Source: Candidatus Eiseniibacteriota bacterium (lineage in GTDB: Bacteria > Eisenbacteria > RBG-16-71-46). From it: a DNA stretch of 64,000 bases. Position 1 is the first letter of the stretch, and each line of letters opens with the position of its first letter. Positions 46,989 to 56,891 of this stretch are shown piece after piece. The DNA is taken from positions 64,001 to 128,000 of the forward strand of contig CAVUWA010000010.1 in NCBI GenBank assembly GCA_963744995.1, written 5' to 3'. The translations under genes and the position numbers were made by a program. A model generated the notes under the pieces. It saw only the letters and a list, made by a program, of their open reading frames with translations, did no database searches and was not told where the DNA came from.

Positions 46989-49477
46989 CTCGGTTCCACT
47001 TCGAAGGTGCGGCTCCACCAGGACGCCAGCACGACGGTGATCGAGCTCGCGGGCATCATCACCGCAGCGATCAACGGATGCAGCACGCCGGCCATCGCCA
47101 GCGAGGCACCCGCGAGATTGTAGACCAGCGAGAACGCCACGTTGCGGTGAATGACACGCAACGTGCGCCGCGCGCCGGCGACGAGCCGCGGCAGGCCGCC
47201 GAGACCGGGCGTCGTGAGGTAGACGTCGGCGGCCGCGAGCGAAGCCTCGGCGCCGCCGCTCACGCCGATCCCCACCGAGGCGGCGGCGATCGCGGCCGCG
47301 TCGTTGATGCCGTCGCCGACCATGAACACCGGTCCGCGTGCGGCCGCCGCGCGCACGGCGGCGAGCTTCCGCTCGGGCGTCGCGGCGCCCTCGGCGGCGG
47401 CGGGATCGAGCCCGAGCGCATGGGCCACGGACGCCGCGACGCGCGGGTCATCCCCCGACAGCAGGCGCACCTGGTTCCCCTCCGCGCGCAGCCTGCGCAC
47501 GACCTCGCGCGAATCCGCGCGCAGCCGGTCGCCGAACGCCGCGCGTGCGACCACGCGCCCGTCGACCGCGACGTGCACGGGCGTGAGCGCCGCGTCGTCT
47601 TCTCCGGCCGCTGCGGCGCCATCGCCTGCGGCGTCGGCCCCCGTCGCGGCCCCCACCACCCATGCCGGCGCGCCGACGCGCACGATCCTGCCGTCCACTC
47701 GCCCCTCGACGCCGGCGCCCGCGACCACGTGCACGTCGTGCGCCGCGGCGGCCGCGACGTCCGGCCACGCGGCGCGGAAACCCTCCGCCACCGGGTGCGT
47801 CGAGTGTGCTTCGAGCGCGAGCACCAGCGGGCGGACCTCGTCCGCGCCCTTCCACGTCGCGAGCCGCGTGCGCCCCTCGGTGACCGTGCCGGTCTTGTCG
47901 AGCACGAACGTGCCGCGCCCGGCGAGCCGCTCGAGCGCTCCGCCGCCGCGGATCAGCATTCCCGCCCGGGCCGCACGGCCGATCGCGACCGAAAGCGCGA
48001 GCGGTGTCGCCAGCGCGAGCGCGCACGGACACGTGACGATCAGCAGCGCGATCGCGTGATCCATCGCGGCGGCCGCGTCGTGGCGCCACCAGACCAGCGC
48101 CGTCAGAACGGCCAGGCCGAGCACGATCGCGACGAACGCGCCCGCCATGCGATCGGCGAGCTGCACGACCGGGGCGCGCTCGCGCGAGGCGCTCTCGACC
48201 TCGCGCATGAGCTGGCCGAGGCGACTGGCCTCGCCCGCCTCCTCGACGCGGATCCACAGCCGCGCGCCGCGGCTGACCGTCCCCGCAAACGCCCTCATGC
48301 CCGGACCCGCGCGCTCGGGCTTCGATTCGCCGGTGAGCAGCGACAGGTCGATGTTCGACGCGCCGGCGATGATGTCGCCGTCGGCGGGAACCGTTTCGCC
48401 GTCGCGCACCTCGACCACCATGCCCGGGAGCAGTGCGGCGAGCGGCAGCGACGCCACTGCGGCGGCCGGCAGCGCCTCGTACGCGGCCGCGGGGGCGCCG
48501 GGCGCCGGCAGGGATTCCGTCTTCACCACCCGCGCCGTGGACGGCACCAGCGCGTGCAACAGCTCGGTGGCGTCGGTCGCCGTGCGTTGCGCGCGCTGCT
48601 GCAGGAAACGCCCGACCAGCAGCAGGAAGACCAGCATCGTGACACCGTCGAAGTAGACGGGGCCGCTGTCGGCGATCGTGTTCACCGCCCCGCGCGCGTA
48701 CCCGGCGAGCAGCGCGATCGCGATCGGCAGGTCCATGTGCAGCGTCCTGGTGCGCAGCGCGCCGAACGCGCCGCGGAAGAACACCCGCCCGGGCCAGATC
48801 AAGGCGGGCGTCGCGAGGGCGAGGCTCACCCAGCGGAAAAACCGCGCGTAGACGTGCTCCATCCCGCTGAACCAGCCGCTGTAGAGCGCGAATGCGACCA
48901 GCATCGTGTTGCCGGCGAGCGCTCCCGCCACGCCGATGTGGGCGAGCATCGTGCGGTCCTCGACGCGGCGCATGGCGTCGGCCTTCACGCCACGGAAAGG
49001 ATGGGGCCGGTAGCCGAGCGTATCGAGGAACGCGGCGATCTTCGAGAGCGGCAGCGCGCCCGGATCCCAGACGATCGTCACGCGCCGCCTGGGCACGTCG
49101 AGCTCGGCGCTCGCGACGCCGGGCACGGCGAGCGGCACCCGCTCGACGAGCCACACGCAGGAGGCGCAGTGCACGCCCTCCAGGTAGAACTCGGTCTCGG
49201 CGCGGCCGTCCGGGCGCGTGCGCACGTACAGCTCGTGGAAGGCGGCGTGGTCGAATGCTTCGAAGCCGAGCCCGCTCGCGTGCACCGCCGCGCGGCGCTT
49301 TTCGGGGAGCGCGTAGAAGCGCTCGAGCCCGGACTCGTGGATGATCCGGTACGCGGTGCGGCAGCCCGCGCAGCAGAACGGCCGCTCGCCGGGCCCGGCC
49401 GCGGGCGACGGCAGGCCGCAGTGCGCGCAGTCCACCGCCGCGACGTCGGCGACGTGCGGGACGTCAGCGGTCGTCAT
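46985..49477 (-). CDS. ccoI: Cu-transporting P1B-type ATPase CcoI/FixI
   Basis: CAHC/FCCAGC N-terminal domain, GVHCASC HMA, TGES, CPC, DKTGT, MVGDGINDA. Confidence 0.92.
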   Translation of the reverse strand: MTTADVPHVADVAAVDCAHCGLPSPAAGPGERPFCCAGCRTAYRIIHESGLERFYALPEKRRAAVHASGLGFEAFDHAAFHELYVRTRPDGRAETEFYLEGVHCASCVWLVERVPLAVPGVASAELDVPRRRVTIVWDPGALPLSKIAAFLDTLGYRPHPFRGVKADAMRRVEDRTMLAHIGVAGALAGNTMLVAFALYSGWFSGMEHVYARFFRWVSLALATPALIWPGRVFFRGAFGALRTRTLHMDLPIAIALLAGYARGAVNTIADSGPVYFDGVTMLVFLLLVGRFLQQRAQRTATDATELLHALVPSTARVVKTESLPAPGAPAAAYEALPAAAVASLPLAALLPGMVVEVRDGETVPADGDIIAGASNIDLSLLTGESKPERAGPGMRAFAGTVSRGARLWIRVEEAGEASRLGQLMREVESASRERAPVVQLADRMAGAFVAIVLGLAVLTALVWWRHDAAAAMDHAIALLIVTCPCALALATPLALSVAIGRAARAGMLIRGGGALERLAGRGTFVLDKTGTVTEGRTRLATWKGADEVRPLVLALEAHSTHPVAEGFRAAWPDVAAAAAHDVHVVAGAGVEGRVDGRIVRVGAPAWVVGAATGADAAGDGAAAAGEDDAALTPVHVAVDGRVVARAAFGDRLRADSREVVRRLRAEGNQVRLLSGDDPRVAASVAHALGLDPAAAEGAATPERKLAAVRAAAARGPVFMVGDGINDAAAIAAASVGIGVSGGAEASLAAADVYLTTPGLGGLPRLVAGARRTLRVIHRNVAFSLVYNLAGASLAMAGVLHPLIAAVMMPASSITVVLASWWSRTFEVEPR

Positions 49478-50195
49478 CGGCGACGGCCGCGGGCGCTTCC
49501 GTGGACGCGGGATCGTGCATGCCGTGCATGCCGTGGACGTGCGGCTGCAGGCGGCCGCCGAGCGTGAGCAGGCCGAGCACGATCATCAGTACGGCCGCGA
49601 GCACCGGCAACCGGCGGCGCAGTCCGCCGAGCGCCGACTGGGCGAGCAGCGCGAGCCCGGCCAGCACCGGCACCGTGCCCACCCAGAACACCGCCATCAC
49701 CAGCATGCCGCCCGCCGGGGTGCCGGTGCCGGCGGCGATCGCGACGTAGGTGTAGAGCCAGCCGCACGGCAGCAGCGTGGACAGCAGACCCATCGTGGCG
49801 CCGCGCACCGCTGCGGGCTGGGCGTGCACGCCGCGCAGCGCGCGCGCGATCAGCCCGTGTGCGCCGGCGGCGCCGCCGACCGGCCCGCCGACGCCCGCCG
49901 CGCGCAGCAGCGCCACGCCGCCCCAGGCGATCATGGCCGTTCCGGCGAGCCAGGCGGCCGCGCGGCCGATGCCCACCACCGCCCCCAGCCGCTCGACGCC
50001 GCCGCCGAGCGCCCCCGCCAGCGCGCCGAGCGCGACGTAGGACACCAGGCGGCCCGCGTTGTAGGCGGCGTGCGCGAGCCAGCGCCGACGCGTTTCGTGG
50101 CCGGCGTAGAATACGACGAAGCCGCCGCACATCCCGGCGCAGTGCGGGCTGCCGATCAGGCTCGTGAGGAGCACGGAGCCGGCGAGCGCGAGCAC
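49464..50195 (-). CDS. DsbD_2 / TauE-SafE-like membrane protein of cbb3 clusters
   Basis: SPHCAGMCGG, YNAGRLVSY, LLPCGWLY, FWVGTVP. Confidence 0.88.
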   Translation of the reverse strand: MLALAGSVLLTSLIGSPHCAGMCGGFVVFYAGHETRRRWLAHAAYNAGRLVSYVALGALAGALGGGVERLGAVVGIGRAAAWLAGTAMIAWGGVALLRAAGVGGPVGGAAGAHGLIARALRGVHAQPAAVRGATMGLLSTLLPCGWLYTYVAIAAGTGTPAGGMLVMAVFWVGTVPVLAGLALLAQSALGGLRRRLPVLAAVLMIVLGLLTLGGRLQPHVHGMHGMHDPASTEAPAAVADDDR

Positions 50196-50693
50196 CTAGC
50201 CGCCCGCAGCGCGCGGTTGGAGCACGGCATCGCGGCGCAGCGAGACGACGAATCGCTCCGTTCCGTTGAGAACGCTGAAACGCAGCTCCCAGAGCCCCGC
50301 GCGATGGAGCGGCAGGCGGATCGCGCCCGCGCCGTTCCCATCGAGCACGGTCTCGGCTTCGGGCCGGTGCGCCGCGTCGAGGTTGTGGATGGCCGTGCAG
50401 CCCACCCGCGCGCCGGCGAGCGGCGCCCCGCCCGCGTCGGTGACACGCACGCGCACCACGCCCGCGCGCGTCGGATCGATCGGGTCGATCGCGGCGTCCA
50501 CGTGCCAGCCGAGCTCGGCGCTCTCCTCGTTGCGCGCGGCGGTCGAGTCCCACGCCACGGCCTTACGGTAGTAGTCGGGCTCCACGACGGCCGCATTGCG
50601 GTCGTTGGCCGCGTAGAGGATGAACACGTTGGCCACCACCGTCACGCCCAGGACGCCGGCGAGCGCCAGGGGCCACCACTTCGCGCCGTTCAT
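50196..50693 (-). CDS. fixH: FixH/CcoH family protein
   Basis: N-terminal WP+TM, VEPDYYRKAVAWD, LGW, GLWELR; position in the operon. Confidence 0.8.
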   Translation of the reverse strand: MNGAKWWPLALAGVLGVTVVANVFILYAANDRNAAVVEPDYYRKAVAWDSTAARNEESAELGWHVDAAIDPIDPTRAGVVRVRVTDAGGAPLAGARVGCTAIHNLDAAHRPEAETVLDGNGAGAIRLPLHRAGLWELRFSVLNGTERFVVSLRRDAVLQPRAAGG

Positions 50694-52136
50694 CGGTGCG
50701 CCTCCCCCGCCTCGTGCGCGCCCGCGCCGTCTTCCTCGTGCTCGTCGTCCTCGGGTCCGAGCAGCCGGTACGGCAACTCGCGCGAGAATCCATGCTCGTC
50801 CTCGATCCGGAACGTGATCTTCGCCTCGCCATCGTGGAGCACGTCGCGCGGGAACTCGACGAACACGCTGGTCGTCGCCAGCGCGCCGGCGGCGACGGGC
50901 AGCGGATTGATCGGGGCGACCATCTTCGTTCCCTCCGGGGCCTCGAGCGAGATGCGGTAATGTCGCGCGCCCGCGCCGCGGTTACGGACCTTGATGCGGA
51001 CCTGATTGAGCAATGTGCCCTTCGCCACCTCCGTGTACGGCGCGCCGAGGCCGCGCAGCACCGTGATCTCGGCATTTGCACGGGTGCCGAGCAGGTAGAT
51101 GAAAGCGCCGAGCAGGGCGACCAGCACCAGCGGGTACAGCACAACCCGCGGGCGCAGGATCCGCCGCGGCAGGCCGAGAATGTCGTCACGCGAAGTGTAG
51201 CGGATCAGTCCCCGGGGCTTGCCGATCTTGTCCATGACCGCGTCGCAGGCGTCGGCGCATTGCGTGCAGTGGATGCACTCCATCTGCAGGCCGTCGCGGA
51301 TGTCGATCCCGGTCGGGCACGTGGTCACGCAATTGCCGCAGTCGATGCAGTCGCCGGCCTCGGGCGCGCGGTCCTTGATTCCCTTCATGCGCGGCTCGCC
51401 GCGGCCGGGGTCGTAACCGACGATCACCGACTGGCGGTCCAGCAGCACCGACTGAATGCGGCCGTAGGGACAGGCGACCAGGCAGGTCTGCTCCCGGAAC
51501 CAGGCGAAGTCCAGGAAGATGAGCGCCGTGGTGCCCAGCATGATGAAGAACGTCGTCGGATGTTCGACCGGCGAGCGCGTCACCCACCGGGCCAGCGTAT
51601 CGATGCCCACGAAGTACGCGAGGAAGGTGTGGGTGAGGAACAGCGCCAGCACGGTGAAGACCGCGTACTTGAGCACCCGCCTGCCGGGCAGACCTTTCTT
51701 CGCATCGAGGTGCCGCGCGCCGCGGTAGCCGCCTTCCAGCCAGTATTCGATGGGCCTGAACAGGAACTCCATATACACGGTCTGCGGGCAGGCCCAGCCG
51801 CACCAGGCGCGGCCGACCAGCGCCGTGACGAAGAAGATCAGCACGAAAATCGCGCCGAGCAGCAGCATGAACAGCACGGTTTCGGTGGCGAGGAACGTGG
51901 TGCCGAACAGGGTGAACTGGCGCCGCGGGAGGTCGAGCAGGATCAGCGGCTTGCCGTTCAGGTGCAGATAGGGGATCAGAAAGAAGATCACCATCAGCGC
52001 ATACGCCGTGATGCGCCGCCGGTGCCAGAAGTCCCCTTTCGAGAACCGCGGCCTGAAGCCAGCGCCGGGAACCGTCTTCGTTGAGCGTGCTGAGAACGCG
52101 GCCGGGCGGCTGAATGACCTTCAAATCGGACGGCAT
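50690..52136 (-). CDS. ccoG: Cytochrome c oxidase accessory protein CcoG; +1 frameshift near 52056 as assembled
   Basis: STLNEDGSRRWL | RPRFSKGDFWHRRR joined by removing one base; GRAWCGWACPQTVY, CIDCGNCVTTCPTGIDIR, ECIHCTQCADAC. Confidence 0.9.
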
Positions 52137-52218
52137 GTCGCTCCTGCCTGCGGCCTGCTCTGCACGGAGTGCCCGATGAGCGGGCGCCCCGTGTCCTGCC
52201 TCTGCGGAAGGGCGCCGC

Positions 52219-52839
52219 TCAGGGCGCCGTTCCGGCCGCCGGGCCCGCCGCGGCGGCGGCGGAGTCGGCGTTCACCCCCTGCGGACCCTTCGCGTCCGCC
52301 GGATGGGTCCCGTAGAGCGTACGCACGTACGCCACGACGTTCACGATCTCGGCCGGCTGGAGCACCGTGGACCACTGCGGCATGCCTTTGTCGAGCACGC
52401 CTTCCGACACCGTGTGCAGCATGTCCTCGATCCGGTGGCCGTGGATCCAGTATGCATCGGTCAGGTTCGGCCCGATGCTGCCGCCGCCGTCGGCCTTGTG
52501 GCACGGCATGCAGTTGCTCATGAACGTCGCCTTGCCCGCCTCGAGCTTCGCCGGATCCGCCATCGCGGCCTCGACCTCGGCCGGCCCCATCTGCGCGAGG
52601 GCCGCGCCGGGCTCGCCGTACTTCTCGCGGGCCTCGGCGACGTCCCGCTGGTAGGCCGCGATCCGCCCCTTGCCGATCCCGATGCCCGGCACGTTCAGCA
52701 TGTAGAGTACCGCGTAAATGATCGTGGCCCAGAAGATGTACACCCACCAGGCCGGCAGCGGATTGTCGTACTCGCGGATCCCGTCGTACTCGTGATCCAG
52801 GAGCATCGGGTCCTGCTTCTGCTTCTCGTCCGGGCTCAT
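52219..52839 (-). CDS. ccoP: cbb3-type cytochrome c oxidase subunit III (monoheme CcoP)
   Basis: DHEYDGIREYDNPLPAWW, CMPCH, GPNLTDAYWIHG, KGMPQW. Confidence 0.92.
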   Translation of the reverse strand: MSPDEKQKQDPMLLDHEYDGIREYDNPLPAWWVYIFWATIIYAVLYMLNVPGIGIGKGRIAAYQRDVAEAREKYGEPGAALAQMGPAEVEAAMADPAKLEAGKATFMSNCMPCHKADGGGSIGPNLTDAYWIHGHRIEDMLHTVSEGVLDKGMPQWSTVLQPAEIVNVVAYVRTLYGTHPADAKGPQGVNADSAAAAAGPAAGTAP

Positions 52840-53033
52840 TTGCGGGCCCCTCCCTGCGAGTTCCGCTCGTCGTCATCGGACAGTGGCATGTCGCGATGCT
52901 GCTCGAGTCGCTTCCGGTGCGAAGGCCGGAACAGCCAGATCACGATGCCGACGAAGGCGGCCATGAAGATCACCATGGCGATCACGGCGTAGATCGAAAG
53001 ATCGGCGTGGCTCATGACGTCCGAGAGATTCAT
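52836..53033 (-). CDS. ccoQ: cbb3-type oxidase small subunit CcoQ
   Basis: Single TM, FVGIVIWLF...MPLSDD; lies between ccoNO and ccoP. Confidence 0.85.
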   Translation of the reverse strand: MNLSDVMSHADLSIYAVIAMVIFMAAFVGIVIWLFRPSHRKRLEQHRDMPLSDDDERNSQGGARK

Positions 53034-53034
53034 G

Positions 53035-55240
53035 TCACGGGCCGTCCCCCGGCGTTGCCGTGACCGGCGCCTGCGCGACGTGTTCCGACTTCTTGATGTC
53101 GGTGCCGAGCCGCTGCAGGTAGGCGATCAGCGCGACGATCTCCTTGTCCTCGAGCCCCGCCGGGCCGCCCTGCTGCTGGATTCCGGTGGCGATCTGCCGC
53201 GCCTGTGCGCGCGCCATCTCCGGCGCACGGTGGATCGCGTCGCCGTACGGCACACCGAGCATCGCCATGGCGTCCACCTTCTTCTGGATGCCGGCGAAGT
53301 CGAGCGTGTGCTTCGAGCATCTGCGGGTACGGCGGCATGATCGAGTTCGGCGTGATCGCCGGCGGATTCTCCATGTGCCGGACGTGCCAGAGATCCGGGT
53401 ACTTGCCGCCCTCGCGGGCGAGTTCGGGGCCGATGCGCCGCGAGCCCCACAGGAACGGATGGTCGTACACGAACTCGCCGGGCTTCGAGTACTCGCCGTA
53501 GCGCTCGGTCTCGTGACGCAGCGGCCGGATCATCTGCGAGTGGCAGTTGAAGCAGCCCTCGCGGATGTAGATGTCGCGGCCTGCGAGCTCGAGCGGCGTG
53601 TACGGTTTCACCGACGCGATCGTCGGTACGTTCGAGCGAATCAGGAACGTCGGGATGATCTCGAACAGCGAGGCGACCACGACCGCGAGCACCGTCATCA
53701 CGGTGAACGTGAGCGGCAGGCCCTCCCAGCGCCGGTGCCAGTCGGCGCGCACGAAGCGCGCCCAGGCACTCGCGGGCGCCGCGGCCGGCTCGTGCTCGAG
53801 CGGCTTCGCCGAGAGCGGCGGCGCCTGCACGACCGGCTCCTCGTAGACCTTCGGCCGGCTCTTCCATGTCATCAGGATGTTCCAGCCGAAGACGACCATC
53901 CCGGCGATGTACAGCGCGCCGCCGAACGCGCGCGTCCAGTACATCGGCATCAGCTTCATCGTCGTCTCGATGAAGTCCGGGAACTGCAGGCGGCCGGTCT
54001 CGTCGAACGCGCGCCACATGAGGCCCTGCGTCAGCCCGGCGCTGTAGATCGCGACCGCGTAGAAGATGATGCCGAACGTCGCCAGCCAGAAGTGCAGCTC
54101 CGCGAGCTTCTTGCTGTAGAGCTGCGTCTGGAACACGCGCGGCAGCAGCCAGTACACCATGCCGAAGGTGAGCAGACCGTTCCAGCCGAGCGCGCCGGTG
54201 TGGACGTGGGCGATGATCCAGTCGGTGTAGTGGGCGAGCGCGTTCACGCTCTTCACCGACAGCATCGGCCCTTCGAAGGTCGCCATGCCGTACGCGGTGA
54301 CCGCGACCACGAAGAACTTCAGCACGGGATCCTCGACCACCTTGTGCCACGCGCCGCGCAGGGTGAGCAGACCGTTGATCATGCCGCCCCAGGACGGCAT
54401 CCACAGCATCACCGAGAACACCATGCCGAGCGTCGACGCCCATTCGGGCAACGCCGTGTAGTGCAGATGGTGCGGCCCCGCCCAGATGTAGAGGAACACC
54501 AGCGTCCAGAAGTGCAGGATCGAGAGCCGGTACGAGAACACCGGGCGTTCGGCCGCCTTCGGCAGGAAGTAGTACATGAGGCCGAGGAACGGCGTGGTGA
54601 GGAAGAACGCCACCGCGTTGTGGCCGTACCACCACTGCATGAACGCGTCCTGCACGCCCGCGTAGATCGAATAGCTCTTGAACCACCCGGCCGGGATCGA
54701 CAGGTTGTTGAAGATGTGCAGCAGCGCGACCGTCACGATGCTGGCGATGTAGAACCAGATCGCCACGTAGATGTGGCGCACGCGCCGCCGCGCGATCGTG
54801 CCGAAGAAGTTGACCGCGAAGATCACCCAGACGATCAGGATCAGGATGTCGATCGGCCACTCGAGCTCGGCGTATTCCTTGGCCTGCGTGAACCCGAGCG
54901 GCAGCGTGATCGCCGCCCCGACGATGATCAGCTGCCAGCCCCAGAAGTGCAGCTTGCTGAGCAGATCCGAGAACATCCGGGTCTTGAGCAGCCGTTGCGT
55001 CGAGTAGTACGCGCCGCAGAAGAAGGCGTTGCCCGCGAAGGCGAAGATCACCGCGTTCGTGTGCAGCGGCCGCAACCGGCCGAACGTGAGCCACTCCGGG
55101 ATGTTCAACGCGGGCATGGCGAGCTGCAGCGCGATCAGCAGCCCGACGATCATGCCCACGAGGCCCCAGACGAACGTCGCAATCAGGAATTTGCGGACGA
55201 TCGCGTCGTCGTACGTGAACGACTCGAGCTGCTCGTTCAT
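53035..55240 (-). CDS. ccoN: Fused cbb3-type oxidase subunit I/II CcoNO; +1 frameshift near 53312 as assembled
   Basis: FGRLRPLHTNAVIFAF, WWYGHNAV, GPHHLHY, HVH; CcoO part REGCFNCHSQMIRP, WGSRRIGPELAR; the true tail HTLDFAGIQKK...EIVALIAYLQRLGTDI lies in the shifted frame. Confidence 0.93.
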
Positions 55241-55559
55241 TCCCCCTCCTGGTGGTTCGTCCCCGGACGCCACGACGGACGCGCCCGTGGGCGCACCGGC
55301 GCCGGCGGGCATGTCGTCAGGAATCCGTCATCAAGGCAACTCGCGGGCCGGCCCCCGCCGGAGCAGATACGGCGGCTCGCGCCGGGATCCAACGCGTTGC
55401 CCGCCCGCATGTTGAAGTGGCCGACACCATACGGGACCGGCCGTGCGAAAGAACCGGCTACCAAAGTCGCCCCCGACCCGCGCGCCGGCTGCCGGCCGCG
55501 CCGGCCCGCCGCGACCGGGCCCGCCATGATGCCCGGTCCGCTCCTGCCCCTCACCGGAC

Positions 55560-56756
55560 TCACTCGATCCGCGCGCCGTTCCGGTACCAGCGCGAGAGAA
55601 TGCCGCGCTCGGCGTCCGTGATCCCGGTGCGATTCGCGAGCGGCATGGTCCGCGTCAACACCGCACGCACGTAGATCCGCTCGGCCATGCGCCCGATCTC
55701 CCGGTCGCTGTCGAACGACACGCCGCCCGGCGTCGGGCCGAATTCGTCCATCGGCGGCGTGCGCGAATGGCACATCAGGCAGCGCGATACGATCACACCC
55801 TTCACCTGCCGGAACGCGGGCGCCGGGCCGGTGGCGGCCGCAGCCGCCGCCGGCCGCACCCACCAGGACGAACCCCGCGCCGTGAGCAGCACCAGGGCGA
55901 GCAGCGCCGCCACGACCGGGACCAGCACCCAGCGGCGCGACGGACCCTCGCCGATCATGGCGTGGCGCGCGCCGCCACCGACGATCATCAGCAGTGCGAG
56001 CAGCCAGGTGTTGAGCGGATGCGCGTACACGGCCGGAAAGTGGTTGCTGAGCATCATGATCAGCACCGGAAACGTCATGTAGCTGTTGTGCACCGAGCGC
56101 GTCTTGGCGTTCAGCCCTTCGCTGAGATCCGGCTGCTCGCCGCGCGCGGTCGCGGCGATCATCCGCCGTTGCGCCGGCAGGATCCGCTGCCAGACGTTGG
56201 CGACCATGATCGTCCCGAGCATGGCGCCCACGTGGATGTACGCCGCGCGCCCGCTCATGAAGTGGCACAGCACCCACGCGAGCAGCGCGAGCAGCACGAG
56301 GCACAGCAGGGTCGCGAGTCCCGGACGGCCGCGCAGCGGCGACTGCCAGATCGCGTCGTAGACGATCCAGCCGCCTGCGATGCAGGCGATGCCGATCGCG
56401 ATGGCCGTTCCCACGCCGGTCGGCCGCACCAGCGGATCCACCAGGTACGCCCCGCGCGTCGAGTAGTAGACGACCCCCAGCAGGAAGGCGCCGGAGAGCC
56501 ACGTGATCGCGGCCTCCCACTTGAACCAGTGCAGCACGGCCGGCATCCGGCCGGGGCCGATGACCCGCTTCTCGACCTGGTAGAAGCCGCCGCTGTGCAC
56601 CATCCACAGCGAGCCCTCGACCTCGCCCGCGGCGGCCGCGGGGGCCTCGAGATGGCTGTCGAGCCAGATGAAGTAGAACGAGCTGCCGATCCATGCGATC
56701 CCGGCGATGAAATGGGTCCAGCGGGTCAGCAGATTGAGCCAGTCGTGAATGCTCAC
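55560..56756 (-). CDS. puuD: Urate hydroxylase PuuD (membrane urate oxidase with cytochrome c domain)
   Basis: RWTHFIAGIAWIGSSFYF, LWMVHSGGFY, LHWFKWEA, RSVHNSYMTFPV, MLSNH; C-terminal CLMCH and MPLAN.T..T..ER. Confidence 0.88.
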   Translation of the reverse strand: MSIHDWLNLLTRWTHFIAGIAWIGSSFYFIWLDSHLEAPAAAAGEVEGSLWMVHSGGFYQVEKRVIGPGRMPAVLHWFKWEAAITWLSGAFLLGVVYYSTRGAYLVDPLVRPTGVGTAIAIGIACIAGGWIVYDAIWQSPLRGRPGLATLLCLVLLALLAWVLCHFMSGRAAYIHVGAMLGTIMVANVWQRILPAQRRMIAATARGEQPDLSEGLNAKTRSVHNSYMTFPVLIMMLSNHFPAVYAHPLNTWLLALLMIVGGGARHAMIGEGPSRRWVLVPVVAALLALVLLTARGSSWWVRPAAAAAATGPAPAFRQVKGVIVSRCLMCHSRTPPMDEFGPTPGGVSFDSDREIGRMAERIYVRAVLTRTMPLANRTGITDAERGILSRWYRNGARIE

Positions 56757-56891
56757 GCCTGGAACGGCCTCGCGGTCGTGTGCACCAAACGCCCCTCCGG
56801 TCGCATGCGTGTGATCGTGGAGGGCGCATGGTAGGGGCCGCGGGCCCGGCTGCCAACCCCGAATCCGGCCGCCGGTGCGGCGAGCAGCGGG

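Noticed and set aside
55310..55345. FNR box upstream of ccoN
   Set aside because: Only one TTGAT half-site; the second half does not match ATCAA at N4 spacing.
56757..56891. Purine/xanthine riboswitch in the puuD leader
   Set aside because: There is one hairpin (CGCCCTCC...GGAGGGGCG), but I see no recognisable riboswitch consensus.
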